The position numbers were made by a program, and so were the translations under genes. From the IMG/VR virus record IMGVR_UViG_3300032244_000449, positions 1-38,693 of that record: a DNA stretch of 38,693 nt, one strand, 5' to 3'. Of this stretch, positions 7,595-17,300 are shown piece by piece; position 1 is the stretch's first letter; each line of letters opens with the position of its first letter. The notes beneath the pieces were generated by a model that searched no databases, was not told the origin of the DNA, and saw only the letters and a program-made list of their open reading frames with translations. This DNA comes from a virus (lineage: Duplodnaviria; Caudoviricetes).

Positions 7595-7850
7595 CGTCTT
7601 CAGCCCTCGACGGTGGATTGGAAGCCTGATGTTCTGCGACCGATTTCGGTTTAAACAGAGACACGATCAGCGAGTCACGGTCGGCATTGCCAGGGACGCC
7701 AGCCGGATTAAACGTGCGCTTCAGCATCAGATAAGGACCGTTGTCGCCCTCCATCACCACTCCGATATTTTCATATCGGTTCCGTTGGGTTCCGGTGTTG
7801 TCGGTGTACGATCCCGTTTTGACGGCTGCGTCATACAGTTTTTTCGCCAT
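7578..7850 (-). CDS. Small putative single-stranded DNA-binding protein
   Basis: 90 aa, beta-rich N-terminus, SSB-type acidic tail EDDDIPF, next to the helicase. Confidence 0.65.
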   Translation of the reverse strand: MAKKLYDAAVKTGSYTDNTGTQRNRYENIGVVMEGDNGPYLMLKRTFNPAGVPGNADRDSLIVSLFKPKSVAEHQASNPPSRAEDDDIPF

Positions 7851-9217
7851 TACGCTCTCCTCTGTCGTGCATTAAAAACATGGTAGGCCCATGCGCTTGG
7901 GTTTTTGTATTTCCTGGCAATCGCCAGAGATACCAGGTCTTGCATTGTTTTTGCGCCAGCCTGCTCGCGTTTTTTCTCAACCCTTTGGACTGCGGTGACT
8001 TCAGACAATTGCCCCGCAACCTGAGCGATTTCGCGCGACACGGTTTCCACGGGTTTACCGCATACCGGACAAATATAGATTCTAGCCGAGAATGCTGCAA
8101 AGCACTGTTTGCACTGTCGGACTGCTGCCGGTTTTTCGCGTTCGCTTTTGGGTTTTGGAATCGAATCGAGTGACCAATCTCGAGAATCGGTAGGCAGTCC
8201 ATGCCGGAAACAATTGCCCGCGTGATCGAGAATCGTCGCATGAGTCTTGCCTGCATGAGTCCGCAGCGCGCGACCGACTTGCTGAAGATAGAGAGACAGC
8301 GACTGCGTTGGGCGCAATAGGATTGCTGCCTCAATGGCAGGAACATCGAAGCCTTCACCAAACAGATCGACGTTGGATATCACTTTGATGTCGCCACGCT
8401 TGAACGATGCCAGCATCGCATCCCGTTCGTTTTTCGGCGTTGAACCGTCGAGGTGTGCAGCCTGGATACCTGATGCGCGGAAGGCTTCGACAACGTGCTG
8501 CGAGTGTTTGACCGAGGCGCAGAATGCGATTGCTCTCTGGCCTCCTGAGAGTCTTTGATAATGCGCGACCGCATCGCCAGTGACAGACGGTCGATCCATC
8601 CGCGATTCGACCTCCTCCTTCACATAATCGCCCGCGCGCGTTTTTGTTCCAGCCATGTCAGGGATCGACGGAGCGAACAATTTGAACGGCGACAGCATCC
8701 CGGCCTCGATCAGGGTCTGAGTGGTAGGGCCAGTGACCATCGATGAGAACCATGCCCGCAGTCCAGTGCCGTCGAGCCGCGTTGGCGTGGCAGTCAGACC
8801 GAGGTGGATCGCAGCAGGGAATCGAGAATATATTTTCGACCATGATTCTGAAGCGATGTGATGCGCCTCATCCCAGATGATCATGTCGGGGTCTGGCAGA
8901 TCATCCAGGCGTCTCACCAGAGACTGAACTCCACAAATCTGCACCAGAGACTTGCTGCGTGAGAATCCAGCGGAGCAGATGCCGTGTTCGACGCCAACCG
9001 CATCGAACGTCCTGCTGGACTGCTGGAGCAGTTCGCGGCGGTGGACGATGAACCAGGTTCGCAGCCCGCGTTGGGCTGCCCGATTGACGATATATGCCGC
9101 CATGACCGTCTTGCCTGCGCCGGTCGGTGCGACCATCAGAACTGCACGGTTGCCGCGCGCGATCTCAGCCCGCGCGCCAGACACCAGCACATCCTGATAA
9201 TCCCTTAGTTCAATCAT
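7850..9217 (-). CDS. SF2 DEAD/DEAH helicase with C-terminal zinc ribbon
   Basis: LRDYQ, PTGAGKT, DEAH, TAT, QQVGRALR, CKQC...CPVC. Confidence 0.95.
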   Translation of the reverse strand: MIELRDYQDVLVSGARAEIARGNRAVLMVAPTGAGKTVMAAYIVNRAAQRGLRTWFIVHRRELLQQSSRTFDAVGVEHGICSAGFSRSKSLVQICGVQSLVRRLDDLPDPDMIIWDEAHHIASESWSKIYSRFPAAIHLGLTATPTRLDGTGLRAWFSSMVTGPTTQTLIEAGMLSPFKLFAPSIPDMAGTKTRAGDYVKEEVESRMDRPSVTGDAVAHYQRLSGGQRAIAFCASVKHSQHVVEAFRASGIQAAHLDGSTPKNERDAMLASFKRGDIKVISNVDLFGEGFDVPAIEAAILLRPTQSLSLYLQQVGRALRTHAGKTHATILDHAGNCFRHGLPTDSRDWSLDSIPKPKSEREKPAAVRQCKQCFAAFSARIYICPVCGKPVETVSREIAQVAGQLSEVTAVQRVEKKREQAGAKTMQDLVSLAIARKYKNPSAWAYHVFNARQRRA

Positions 9218-9327
9218 CGCAGTTCACGGTTGTTGCAGTCCCGATCACACTGTGCCAAGATGATATGGCAAACCGTTTGACAGTTTGCGTCATTGTCGTG
9301 AACCAACGTGATCCAAAAGGAGGACAC
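9218..9327. promoter_or_regulatory. Divergent early promoter region
   Basis: Only divergent intergenic gap between replication and recombination operons; TTGACA 9277-9282 (+), TTGCCA 9271-9266 (-); -10 boxes not clear. Confidence 0.55.
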
Positions 9328-10173
9328 ATGGTCGATTTGAAGAAAGGCATTTTTGATGGGATCACCAATAGGGACTATCACTCGTCGCCCGCGATTTCCA
9401 AAAGCGGGATGGACCTGATCGCGAGGTCGCCGCTTCACTATTACGCGGCCATTTTGCACCCGAACCGTGAGGTGCGGGAAGAGACGGCATCGATGACATT
9501 CGGCACTGCGGTCCACACTGCGATCTTGGAGCCGGACACCTACCGCGAGCGGTATGTGGTGATGCCAAAAGTGGATCGGAGAACCAAGGAAGGCAAAGGC
9601 ATTGCCGAGGCATTTGAGGCTGAAGCCGCCGCCAAAGGCGCGACTCTTATCAGCCAGGTCGATGATGAAAAGATCGACCGCATCATGCACTCAGTCCACG
9701 ATCACCCTGTTGCCGGGAAGCTTCTTTCGACCGGAGTGGCAGAACAATCGTGTTTTTGGCGCGATGCAGAAACGGGTGTCTGGTGCCGCGTCCGGCCAGA
9801 TTGGCTGATTGCCAGCCCGCTGGCGATTGTTGATCTCAAGACAACGCCAGACGGGTCGCTGGATGCGTTCCGCGCCTCTGCCTTCAAGTGGCGCTATCAC
9901 GTTCAAGCGGCATTTTATCTCGATGGTGTCGCCGCTGCGACGGGCGACCGGCCAGACAGTTTCATGTTTTTGGTTGTGGAGAAAGAGGCACCGTTTGCCG
10001 TCAGTGTTTTCTATGCGGATGAAGAGTTCATCGCAGCCGGTCGAGCCGAATATCGCCGTTGCCTGCGAATTTACGCCGACTGCATCCAGAACAACAAATG
10101 GCCTGGATACGACACGGCAATTCAACCGATTGGTCTGCCGAAATGGGCGTCTGTTACGGAGGATGCAGCATGA
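9328..10173 (+). CDS. PD-(D/E)XK exonuclease, RecE/ExoVIII-like (DUF3799)
   Basis: YH...ISKS, FGTAVHTAILEP, CRVRPDW, DLKTT, YHVQAAFY; SD AAGGAGG before ATG 9328. Confidence 0.92.
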   Translation: MVDLKKGIFDGITNRDYHSSPAISKSGMDLIARSPLHYYAAILHPNREVREETASMTFGTAVHTAILEPDTYRERYVVMPKVDRRTKEGKGIAEAFEAEAAAKGATLISQVDDEKIDRIMHSVHDHPVAGKLLSTGVAEQSCFWRDAETGVWCRVRPDWLIASPLAIVDLKTTPDGSLDAFRASAFKWRYHVQAAFYLDGVAAATGDRPDSFMFLVVEKEAPFAVSVFYADEEFIAAGRAEYRRCLRIYADCIQNNKWPGYDTAIQPIGLPKWASVTEDAA

Positions 10174-11102
10174 GTACTTTGAAAATTCGGAAAGCGCAGC
10201 GCGAGGGCGCGCGTGTGCTGATCGGTCTGGCTGGGGTGTCTGGCAGCGGCAAGACCTTTACCGCACTGAAGCTCGCACTGGGCCTGGCGCGCGGCAAAGC
10301 GTCGAAGGTTGGCCTGCTCGACACTGAAAACCGTCGCGGGTCTTTGTATGCAGACATTTTGGGAGAACCCTTCCTGATCGGTGATCTGCTCCCTCCTTTC
10401 TCTCCTGAGAGATACATCGAAGCGATTCGCGAGTTCAGCGAGGCGGGAGTTGATGTTCTTGTGGTCGATTCCATGAGCCATGAGTGGGAAGGCACGGGCG
10501 GCTGCGATGACATCGCCCAGGCCGAAAGGAATCCGGTTGTTGGCTGGAAGAAAGCCAAACTTGCCCACAAGGCAATGATGAATGCTCTGCTCCAGTGTCC
10601 GATGGATGTAATCGTGTGTCTGCGGGCGCGTGAGAAGGTGGACTTCTCCGATCCAAAAGCACCTCGATCACTGGGCGTTCAGCCGATCTGCGAGAAGAAT
10701 TTCCTTTTTGAGATGACGGCAAGTCTGCTGATGGAACAGTCTGGCGAGCGTCAGACGGTGCTGAAATGCCCTGCCGATCTGGTGTCGATACTGGGTCGCG
10801 TACACGGGTTCCTGTCCGAATCTGATGGTGCGGACATCCGCGCATGGATCGATGGCGGCAAACCCGTTTCTGCTTCTCTTAAGCGCGCCAGAGACGCTCT
10901 AGAGGCATCCTGCGAGCAGGGTATGACCGCACTGAAAGCTGCCTGGGAGGCGACTCCTGCGGGCGTGAAGAAACAATTGGGCGCAGCATTTCTTGATAGT
11001 CTCAAGGCATCTGCGGAGGCGTTTGATAAGCAAGCGCGTGGAAGCCAGGTTCCCGCGTCCGTTGCCCAGTTCCAACAGGAGGTGGCAGATGGAGACATCT
11101 GA
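10170..11102 (+). CDS. AAA ATPase, Sak4-like recombinase
   Basis: GVSGSGKT, LDTE, VVDSMSHEW; ATGA overlap with the exonuclease gene. Confidence 0.85.
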   Translation: MSTLKIRKAQREGARVLIGLAGVSGSGKTFTALKLALGLARGKASKVGLLDTENRRGSLYADILGEPFLIGDLLPPFSPERYIEAIREFSEAGVDVLVVDSMSHEWEGTGGCDDIAQAERNPVVGWKKAKLAHKAMMNALLQCPMDVIVCLRAREKVDFSDPKAPRSLGVQPICEKNFLFEMTASLLMEQSGERQTVLKCPADLVSILGRVHGFLSESDGADIRAWIDGGKPVSASLKRARDALEASCEQGMTALKAAWEATPAGVKKQLGAAFLDSLKASAEAFDKQARGSQVPASVAQFQQEVADGDI

Positions 11103-11289
11103 GACGTTTCTGACACCGCAGGAGTTGACCAAACGCTGGAACAACGCCGTGAGCGTTAGAACTCTCGCGAACTGGCGCTCGCTGGGCGATGGGCCGGTCT
11201 ATGTGAAGATCGGTGCGAAAGTGTTCTACCCGATGGGTTGCATCCTGCAATGGGAGGCTAGACGCCGCCGACCGATTCAAGCAGAATAG
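11089..11289 (+). CDS. Excisionase-like winged HTH protein
   Basis: FLTPQELTKRW..SVRTLANWRSLGDGPVYVKIG.KVFY; SD AGGAGGT. Confidence 0.85.
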   Translation: METSETFLTPQELTKRWNNAVSVRTLANWRSLGDGPVYVKIGAKVFYPMGCILQWEARRRRPIQAE

Positions 11290-11314
11290 TACTGCCGTAC
11301 CGCAGCGGCATTTT

Positions 11315-11351
11315 GCCCCGCATCGAGCCAGTCTCTGCGGGGCTTTTTTTT
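11315..11351 (+). terminator. Rho-independent terminator of the recombination operon
   Basis: GCCCCGCA / TGCGGGGC stem followed by T8. Confidence 0.85.
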
Positions 11352-11355
11352 GAGT

Positions 11356-11410
11356 GCCGCCGAACCTGGCCTTCCAGCAGGAGGAGAACCTTCAGACCAG
11401 GCCCGACAGC
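11356..11410 (-). other. Strand-specific RNA hairpin at the 3' end of the late operon
   Basis: 17-bp stem GCUGUCGGGCCUGGUCU / AGGCCAGGUUCGGCGGC with 5 G-U pairs and a 21-nt loop. Confidence 0.7.
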
Positions 11411-11565
11411 TATTTCGTGATTGAGTTTCGCACGGTCATCGACAGCACTGCCGTCAAAACCAGTTGCGCGGTTTCGGCAGGATTGATGTCGCCAACGGCA
11501 TAGCCTGCAAGCGCGCCGATGATGCCTAAAAAGCCGGTGATGTAGGTCTTCTTGCCCTTCAGCAT
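11410..11565 (-). CDS. Putative holin (51 aa, two hydrophobic segments)
   Basis: MLKGKKTYITGFLGIIGALAGY...LVLTAVLSMTVR; SD AAGGAG; follows the endolysin. Confidence 0.65.
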   Translation of the reverse strand: MLKGKKTYITGFLGIIGALAGYAVGDINPAETAQLVLTAVLSMTVRNSITK

Positions 11566-11570
11566 GATGT

Positions 11571-12035
11571 TCACTCCTTCAGTGTTTTCAGCCACGCTGC
11601 AACGTCGAACGACGGGCAGGCTTTCTTCCATTCATGCGGCTCAACGATGCCGTCGCCATCGAGATCAACAGACCAATCTCTGTGGCCTCGCACAATCAAT
11701 CCTGGCGCGATTGTCCGGTAATGGCGCACCAAACTAGCCATCGCGCGAATTTGCTGCTCTGTGCGCGTGTCCTTCGGTTTCTTCATGTCTGCGGTCATCC
11801 CGCCGACATAGCAGATTCCAATGTTGCCGGTGTTGTGGCCCCCAACGTGCGCGCCGCGATCCATATCGGGCAACGTGCGATAGGTGAACCCATCGAGTTC
11901 GATCACCCAGTGATAACTGATTTGGCCGAACTTCGCGATGTCCCAATCTGAAATCTCATTGTGAGTAACCGGCCTGCCCTCGGGCGTGGCGGCACAATGA
12001 ATCGTCAGGTATTTAATCTGACCGAGCGGTTTCAT
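11571..12035 (-). CDS. Endolysin, N-acetylmuramoyl-L-alanine amidase (Amidase_2, T7 lysozyme-like)
   Basis: IHCAAT, SYHW, GAHVGGHN, IGICYVGG, GHRD, KACPSF. Confidence 0.93.
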   Translation of the reverse strand: MKPLGQIKYLTIHCAATPEGRPVTHNEISDWDIAKFGQISYHWVIELDGFTYRTLPDMDRGAHVGGHNTGNIGICYVGGMTADMKKPKDTRTEQQIRAMASLVRHYRTIAPGLIVRGHRDWSVDLDGDGIVEPHEWKKACPSFDVAAWLKTLKE

Positions 12036-12280
12036 CGTGGATGCTCCCGGCGATCTACCTTCTGAGCTAAAACAGTTCTCAGATCATTGAACTGTTTGTC
12101 GAGGTATTCGCGCAATGACTGCACTTCAGTCTTGTGGTCTGAGTGCTGGCGTTGGAGAAATTCAATTTTGGTTTCTGCCCTTGCAAGTCTCTCGCGCAGA
12201 GAAACCCAAACGGAAATGCCTCCAGCCAACAGAGTGATGACGGCAATCAGCGTGGCAATGAAGTCACCGGATATTGTCAT
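12032..12280 (-). CDS. Lysis-cassette membrane protein (one TM + coiled coil), holin-like
   Basis: FIATLIAVITLLAGGISVWV followed by a heptad-rich tail; overlaps the endolysin start. Confidence 0.65.
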   Translation of the reverse strand: MTISGDFIATLIAVITLLAGGISVWVSLRERLARAETKIEFLQRQHSDHKTEVQSLREYLDKQFNDLRTVLAQKVDRREHPR

Positions 12281-12353
12281 GCTGTAGCCCTGGAGTCCTT
12301 CCTGCATTTTCCGATCCAATGGATTTGTGATCAACTCAATGAAAAATGGTTTG

Positions 12354-13268
12354 TCAGGTAATGATCAATTCAATGGCTCGACTGACAATGTGAGTTCCAG
12401 ATTGCGAGGCACCGTTACCAAGTGCCGCTCCACCTGATGTGGCAGAAACCTGGAACGTGTTTGTGGTCGCATTGATCACAAAATACTTTGTTCCGACCGC
12501 CAATCCTGATGGCAACGATCCTGATGTGGTGAACGTCACAGTCTGACCTGTGCTGAACCCGTGTGAAGTAGATGTCCAGGTTGTTGGGTTCGCAGCGGAT
12601 GCCGTCGCTGCGACGGCACCTCTGGCCCAGTTGGGTGCTGATGTAGGTGGCGATGCAACAGTAAACCGTCTGCGCGGCCTTACGAAAACAGTGTGTGTGC
12701 CCGACTGCGTTCCACTGGTCGCTATGGCAGCGCCGCCAAGCGTTGCTGACACCTGGAATGTGTTGGTGGCTGCGTTGACAACGTAGTAGACGGTTTCTGG
12801 CGTCAGCCCCGTAGGCAACGCTCCCGTCGTTCTGAACATCACCATGTCGCCGTTTGATCTGCCATTGCTAGTCCATGAAACGACAGCAGGAGTGGCGATT
12901 GAGATAGTGACGGTGGAAGAGGTGGCGGCAGCAAATCCCGCATCAGAAACCAGATAGTCCACGCCATCGAACCGAAATTTTGATGCCAGACCGTTTTGGG
13001 TTGTCCACACAAAATCGCAGATCATTCCTGAGCCGCCGATAGACGTTGCGTAATAGCTTGCCTCTGCTAATCGGTATGTGGCGCGCGTGTTTGGGGCAAG
13101 CGTTCCGGAACCTGGCGTGTAGATCAGTCCGAATGCATCTACGGCAAAACCGTAAGCACTATATGTGAAAAACGGCGAAAACAATCCACCGTTTCCGACA
13201 GACAGCAAATGCGTACTGGCTCCAAATCCAGATGCGCCGCCGATCAGCAATGCATAGATGCCGGACAT
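12354..13268 (-). CDS. Tail-fibre-associated/adhesin-like protein with two tandem ~70-aa beta domains
   Basis: Start MSGIYALLIG at 13268 (TGATG overlap); two copies of G.LP.GL....Y.V.NA.TNTFQVSAT.GG. Confidence 0.75.
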   Translation of the reverse strand: MSGIYALLIGGASGFGASTHLLSVGNGGLFSPFFTYSAYGFAVDAFGLIYTPGSGTLAPNTRATYRLAEASYYATSIGGSGMICDFVWTTQNGLASKFRFDGVDYLVSDAGFAAATSSTVTISIATPAVVSWTSNGRSNGDMVMFRTTGALPTGLTPETVYYVVNAATNTFQVSATLGGAAIATSGTQSGTHTVFVRPRRRFTVASPPTSAPNWARGAVAATASAANPTTWTSTSHGFSTGQTVTFTTSGSLPSGLAVGTKYFVINATTNTFQVSATSGGAALGNGASQSGTHIVSRAIELIIT

Positions 13269-14329
13269 CAGGTCACTCCGGTCCCGGAAATCACCCAGGT
13301 CGTTGTCCCGACTTTGAGAAGCGATGCCAGCCCCCATCCTGCCAAAGTCCTTGTGCCTGTTGATGTGGTCCCAGCCAATTTCATTTCATCAGTAGTGATC
13401 GCGATATTTTGTGCTGTCGCGGAGTTATTGAATACGCCGATGGTTGTGCCAATGGGAAAAGCCACCGTGGCATTCGCTGGAATGGTAACCCCGCCAGTCG
13501 TAATCGAAATGTGCTTGCCTCTATCGGAGATAACTAGAACATACGCAGAACTTCTCGCATTCTGTGGCAGTTCGCGATATCCAAAAGCGTAAGCATTTGA
13601 GGCTTCATCCAAAACCGTTGATGAACTAGCAAGTCCGACAAGGGTTTTGTTGGTCAATGAATCTGTGGTGTTCCAGCCAATCAGAGTAGTGGTCGCGTTT
13701 GGCAGTAGGAGCGTTCCGGTTCCAGCGGACGCTGTCAACGTGTTTCCATTGATTTTGATCGTATTCGATCCTGCGGTATCAATGGTTTTGTTGGTCAGTG
13801 TGTTTGCTGATGCGGCACTGATAACTGACGATCCGGCGAGTTGCAGGCCAATGCTGAAATTGGCAGTGCCCGTCGAAAAGGTCGTTATGCCCGATGGCAA
13901 AACAACAGTGTTGCCAACAAGCGTTACCGTGTCGCCTGCCGCGTCTCCGAAAGTGACGTTACCGGCAAACGTGATGCCGCCACTGAACGTCAGGTTTCCA
14001 CCGATGGCAGTCGAGTTAGCAAACGTCCAGGTAGCTGCGTTGACAGTAACCGTATCGCCAGCAGCATTTCCAAGGGTTGTGTTTCCCGTGTTGGAAAAGG
14101 ATGTGCAAGTGACGCCGGTCAACGCATATGTTGTCGCCAATTCGCCCCAGACAGTTCCAGACCATTTCTGCCAACGGTTCAGCGTGGTGTCCCATTTGAC
14201 CGACCCTGTAGGTGGAGAGGTGATCGTTCCGGTGGAAAACTGCACCGCACAATCGACATCCCGAGCCGTCGTTTCTGACAGGTAGTTTGCGTATGTCGAT
14301 GTCAGTGTTGGTTTAGTCCAATCTGCCAT
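13268..14329 (-). CDS. Tail fibre protein
   Basis: After gpJ; T/G/S-rich; repeats GN.T.G.AAGDTVT x2 and LTNKT x2; C-terminal IPANATVAFPIGT...WVISG domain. Confidence 0.75.
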   Translation of the reverse strand: MADWTKPTLTSTYANYLSETTARDVDCAVQFSTGTITSPPTGSVKWDTTLNRWQKWSGTVWGELATTYALTGVTCTSFSNTGNTTLGNAAGDTVTVNAATWTFANSTAIGGNLTFSGGITFAGNVTFGDAAGDTVTLVGNTVVLPSGITTFSTGTANFSIGLQLAGSSVISAASANTLTNKTIDTAGSNTIKINGNTLTASAGTGTLLLPNATTTLIGWNTTDSLTNKTLVGLASSSTVLDEASNAYAFGYRELPQNARSSAYVLVISDRGKHISITTGGVTIPANATVAFPIGTTIGVFNNSATAQNIAITTDEMKLAGTTSTGTRTLAGWGLASLLKVGTTTWVISGTGVT

Positions 14330-14330
14330 G

Positions 14331-17300
14331 TCAGTATCCTCTTGCTTGCCAGCCTACGGTGCCAGAAATTCTTGTTCCAGAACTGTTGAACAGCAACACC
14401 TTGAAAGTTGTGGGGTTTGGAACACTTGTGAAATCGTAGATCGCATACGCGGCTGTTGTGCTGTTTGGCGTCAATTGAATTGACGTTACAGATACAAAAC
14501 TCGCATTGAACGTAACTGTCGTTCCACCAGCGTCAGTGCTAACCGCAGCCACAGAACCAAAATCAGATTTCTGCTTCACATCGATGTTGACCGTAATCGC
14601 GTCAAACTCAACGATGTCATCGCTAGCGGCAGCGTTCACATCATAGCGATATTTTGTCCACCGGAAGTTTGTGGCGAAAGCCTGTGCAACGCCTGCGTAT
14701 TCAGTGTATGGCCCGATATACGAATGCGCTGGTGCTTGCGAACCGGATGTTGCGATGGCAGCGCCGCCGCTTGTGAGTGACACGTTAAAGGTGTTGGCTG
14801 CGGCATTGATAACGTAATACGTTTTGTTTTGTACCAATCCGACAGGCAGTGTGCCGGTTGTCTTGAGCGTAATCGTTTGTCCGTTTGTCAGACCGTGAGC
14901 GGATTTCGTAAACACCGCTGGCGTGGCAACGGTGATGACAACGCTATTGGTGGCATTGGCAACTGCCAGGTTTGGGGTAACAGTGGACGATCCAAAACCC
15001 TGCGAATAGACGGCATTGAGCGTGACCTTTGCGGACGCCAGCGTAGTTCCGTAATCGATGACCTCTTCGTATGATCCAGTGTTCTGTGTTGGCTGAATGA
15101 AATACGTTGATCCAGCCGTGATCTGATCTTGCGGCGTTGACCAGGCGCGCGATGTGAAGTGTGTGGTGATAGTTTCAGTTGTGTCTACGGCAAGCCAGAG
15201 GCTGCCCTCAGAGACGATTCCGTTGGTGATGACACCGTTGAAAGTCGAAGCTTGATTGAGAAACAGTTGATAGTCCGGCGGTTGTGCCACGGTTGCACTG
15301 GTGCTGGATTGCGCGCCGACATTGCCGCCGATATCCACGCCCGCGATCCAATAGGTGTATGTCGCAGAGGCAGTCTCAAAGATCGTCGCGAATGTGCCGG
15401 AACTGATCCTTCCGACCACAGTTGCGCCAGCCCAGGTTGATCCCTTCCGAATCTCAAAATAGTCGATTGCCAGCGTGGACGTTGGAGTACTCCACCGCAG
15501 AAGCACGTTGTTGTCGATAACCTGGGAAGATAGCGTTACGGCACTTGGCGAGCTTATCGTCGTTGTCGTTGATGCTTCAGTGAGAGAGAAGTTTCCACTG
15601 GTATCGATAGCCTTTATCCAATATGTCTGTGACGCACCAAATATGGCACCGACTTTGTAGGTGTTTGCTAACACGCGCGTGACAACAGTGCCTGCCGCCC
15701 AGGATGCGCCCTGCCGGATTTCATATTGGTCAATGTCGAGATCGGGCACAGACTGCCAGGACAAAACGATTCCGACCCAAGGATCGACGTTCGCGTTGAA
15801 TCCGGCGACATTGGCAGGAGGAGCAGTTTTGCCAAGTGTATTGATGGTCGCGGCTGTGTACGCACTCGATGCCGTTCCAAAAACGCCAATTGGCGTGATG
15901 CGAACTTCGTACTTACCTACGGTAGTGTTCAGAATTTCGTAGTCGAGTGATCCGGTTTCATCAACGGTGAAATTGTTGTCGTTCAGTCGCCATTCGACGC
16001 GATACCGGGATGCATTTGCAGCGGCAGGCCAGCTACAGGTCACTTTTGCCCGAACGTCATTCTGGTATCGATAGAGCGATTCGGACATCGAAATGGATGC
16101 AACCAGATCGGGAATGGGCGACAGCGATGAGTAGGTGCGAGGTTCTAGGACAATGTCTTGTTCAATCGCATCGTACTTGTCTGGGCGATGCGATACGGCA
16201 ACGATTTCATGCTCGCCGGATTCGTTCTCCACCATTGAGAGAACGCGGAATGTCTGCGCCTCCAATGCTGGAGATGAGGCTACCCACACAGATTGATTTG
16301 TTGGTATAGGATTGAAGGCACTGGTAAGCGTGACGGTATTTCCGGAAACCGAACTGATGCTTTTCTGCTGAACCCTGCCGTCTGGACCAACGACAAAAAA
16401 GTCTCCACCGCTCGAGATCGCGCCGCTTGCAAGAGAATCTACGGTAACCGTCAGTGATGTAGCGGAAACAATCCTTCCACCAAGCCTGTTCCCGGCGCGA
16501 TACTGATCTGCGACCTTGATGATATCGCCGGGGCGGCAAAACGCAGATTCCAATCCAGTTTTGAACGAACAGATTTCTGTCTCGTATCGTTCAGTGTAGA
16601 GCATCCACTTGCCGACGCGATGCGCCTGGCCGCGAGAGCTACATGCGAATGCGACTACCTGGCTTTCGATAATTCCGTATCGAGCAATTCCAACGGTGTC
16701 CTCGACATACTCGATCTTTTGTCGATACATATCATCTGGATCATTCCAGGTCACCAACGCAATGGTGTGCCGAGCCTTTGCGGAACTCCCCTGATAAGCG
16801 AACTCTCCACCGATCACGTTGGCATTGGTGAACAGAAACACGGCATCCTTTGGAGCATCCTGCACGGCAGTGACAACGCCTGTGCCCCAGAATGTCATCC
16901 CCCTAAACACGCTGGCAAAGTCTTGGAGAACCTTGTAAGCCTCCTGCCGCGTGTTGATCCAGACGTTGCATGAAAACCGTGGCTCAACACCGCCGAATCC
17001 ATCATCGATCAGTTCATCGCAATACTGCCCGATCTGGTAGAGCGCCCACTTGTCGATCTGCGATTGCTCAATGTAGTTGCCGCAGCCATAGCGTTCAGTT
17101 GTCAGAAGATCATAGAAGCACCAGGCGGGGTTGCTAGACCATGCAATCTGGAATTGACCGTTCCAGTTGCCAAAATAGGTCAGGCTACCGTCTGCGCGCA
17201 CTGATGCGTTCGACGGTATGCGAATCTTCAACAGCTTTACATCGTATCCGCGCCGAGGAATAGCGCGGAATTGCGAGGCATCCACTCTCATTGCGACCAG

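Noticed and set aside
9208-9315. Alphaproteobacterial LexA box or sigma54 promoter
   Set aside because: GTTC pairs are not spaced N7, and TGGCAC is not followed by TTGC at the right distance
11290-11410. attP or tRNA fragment
   Set aside because: No tRNA-like T-arm/CCA sequence; region explained by two hairpins
12385-14940. Diversity-generating retroelement or invertible tail-fibre cassette
   Set aside because: No reverse transcriptase or invertase; copies are in direct orientation and differ at all bases, not only adenines
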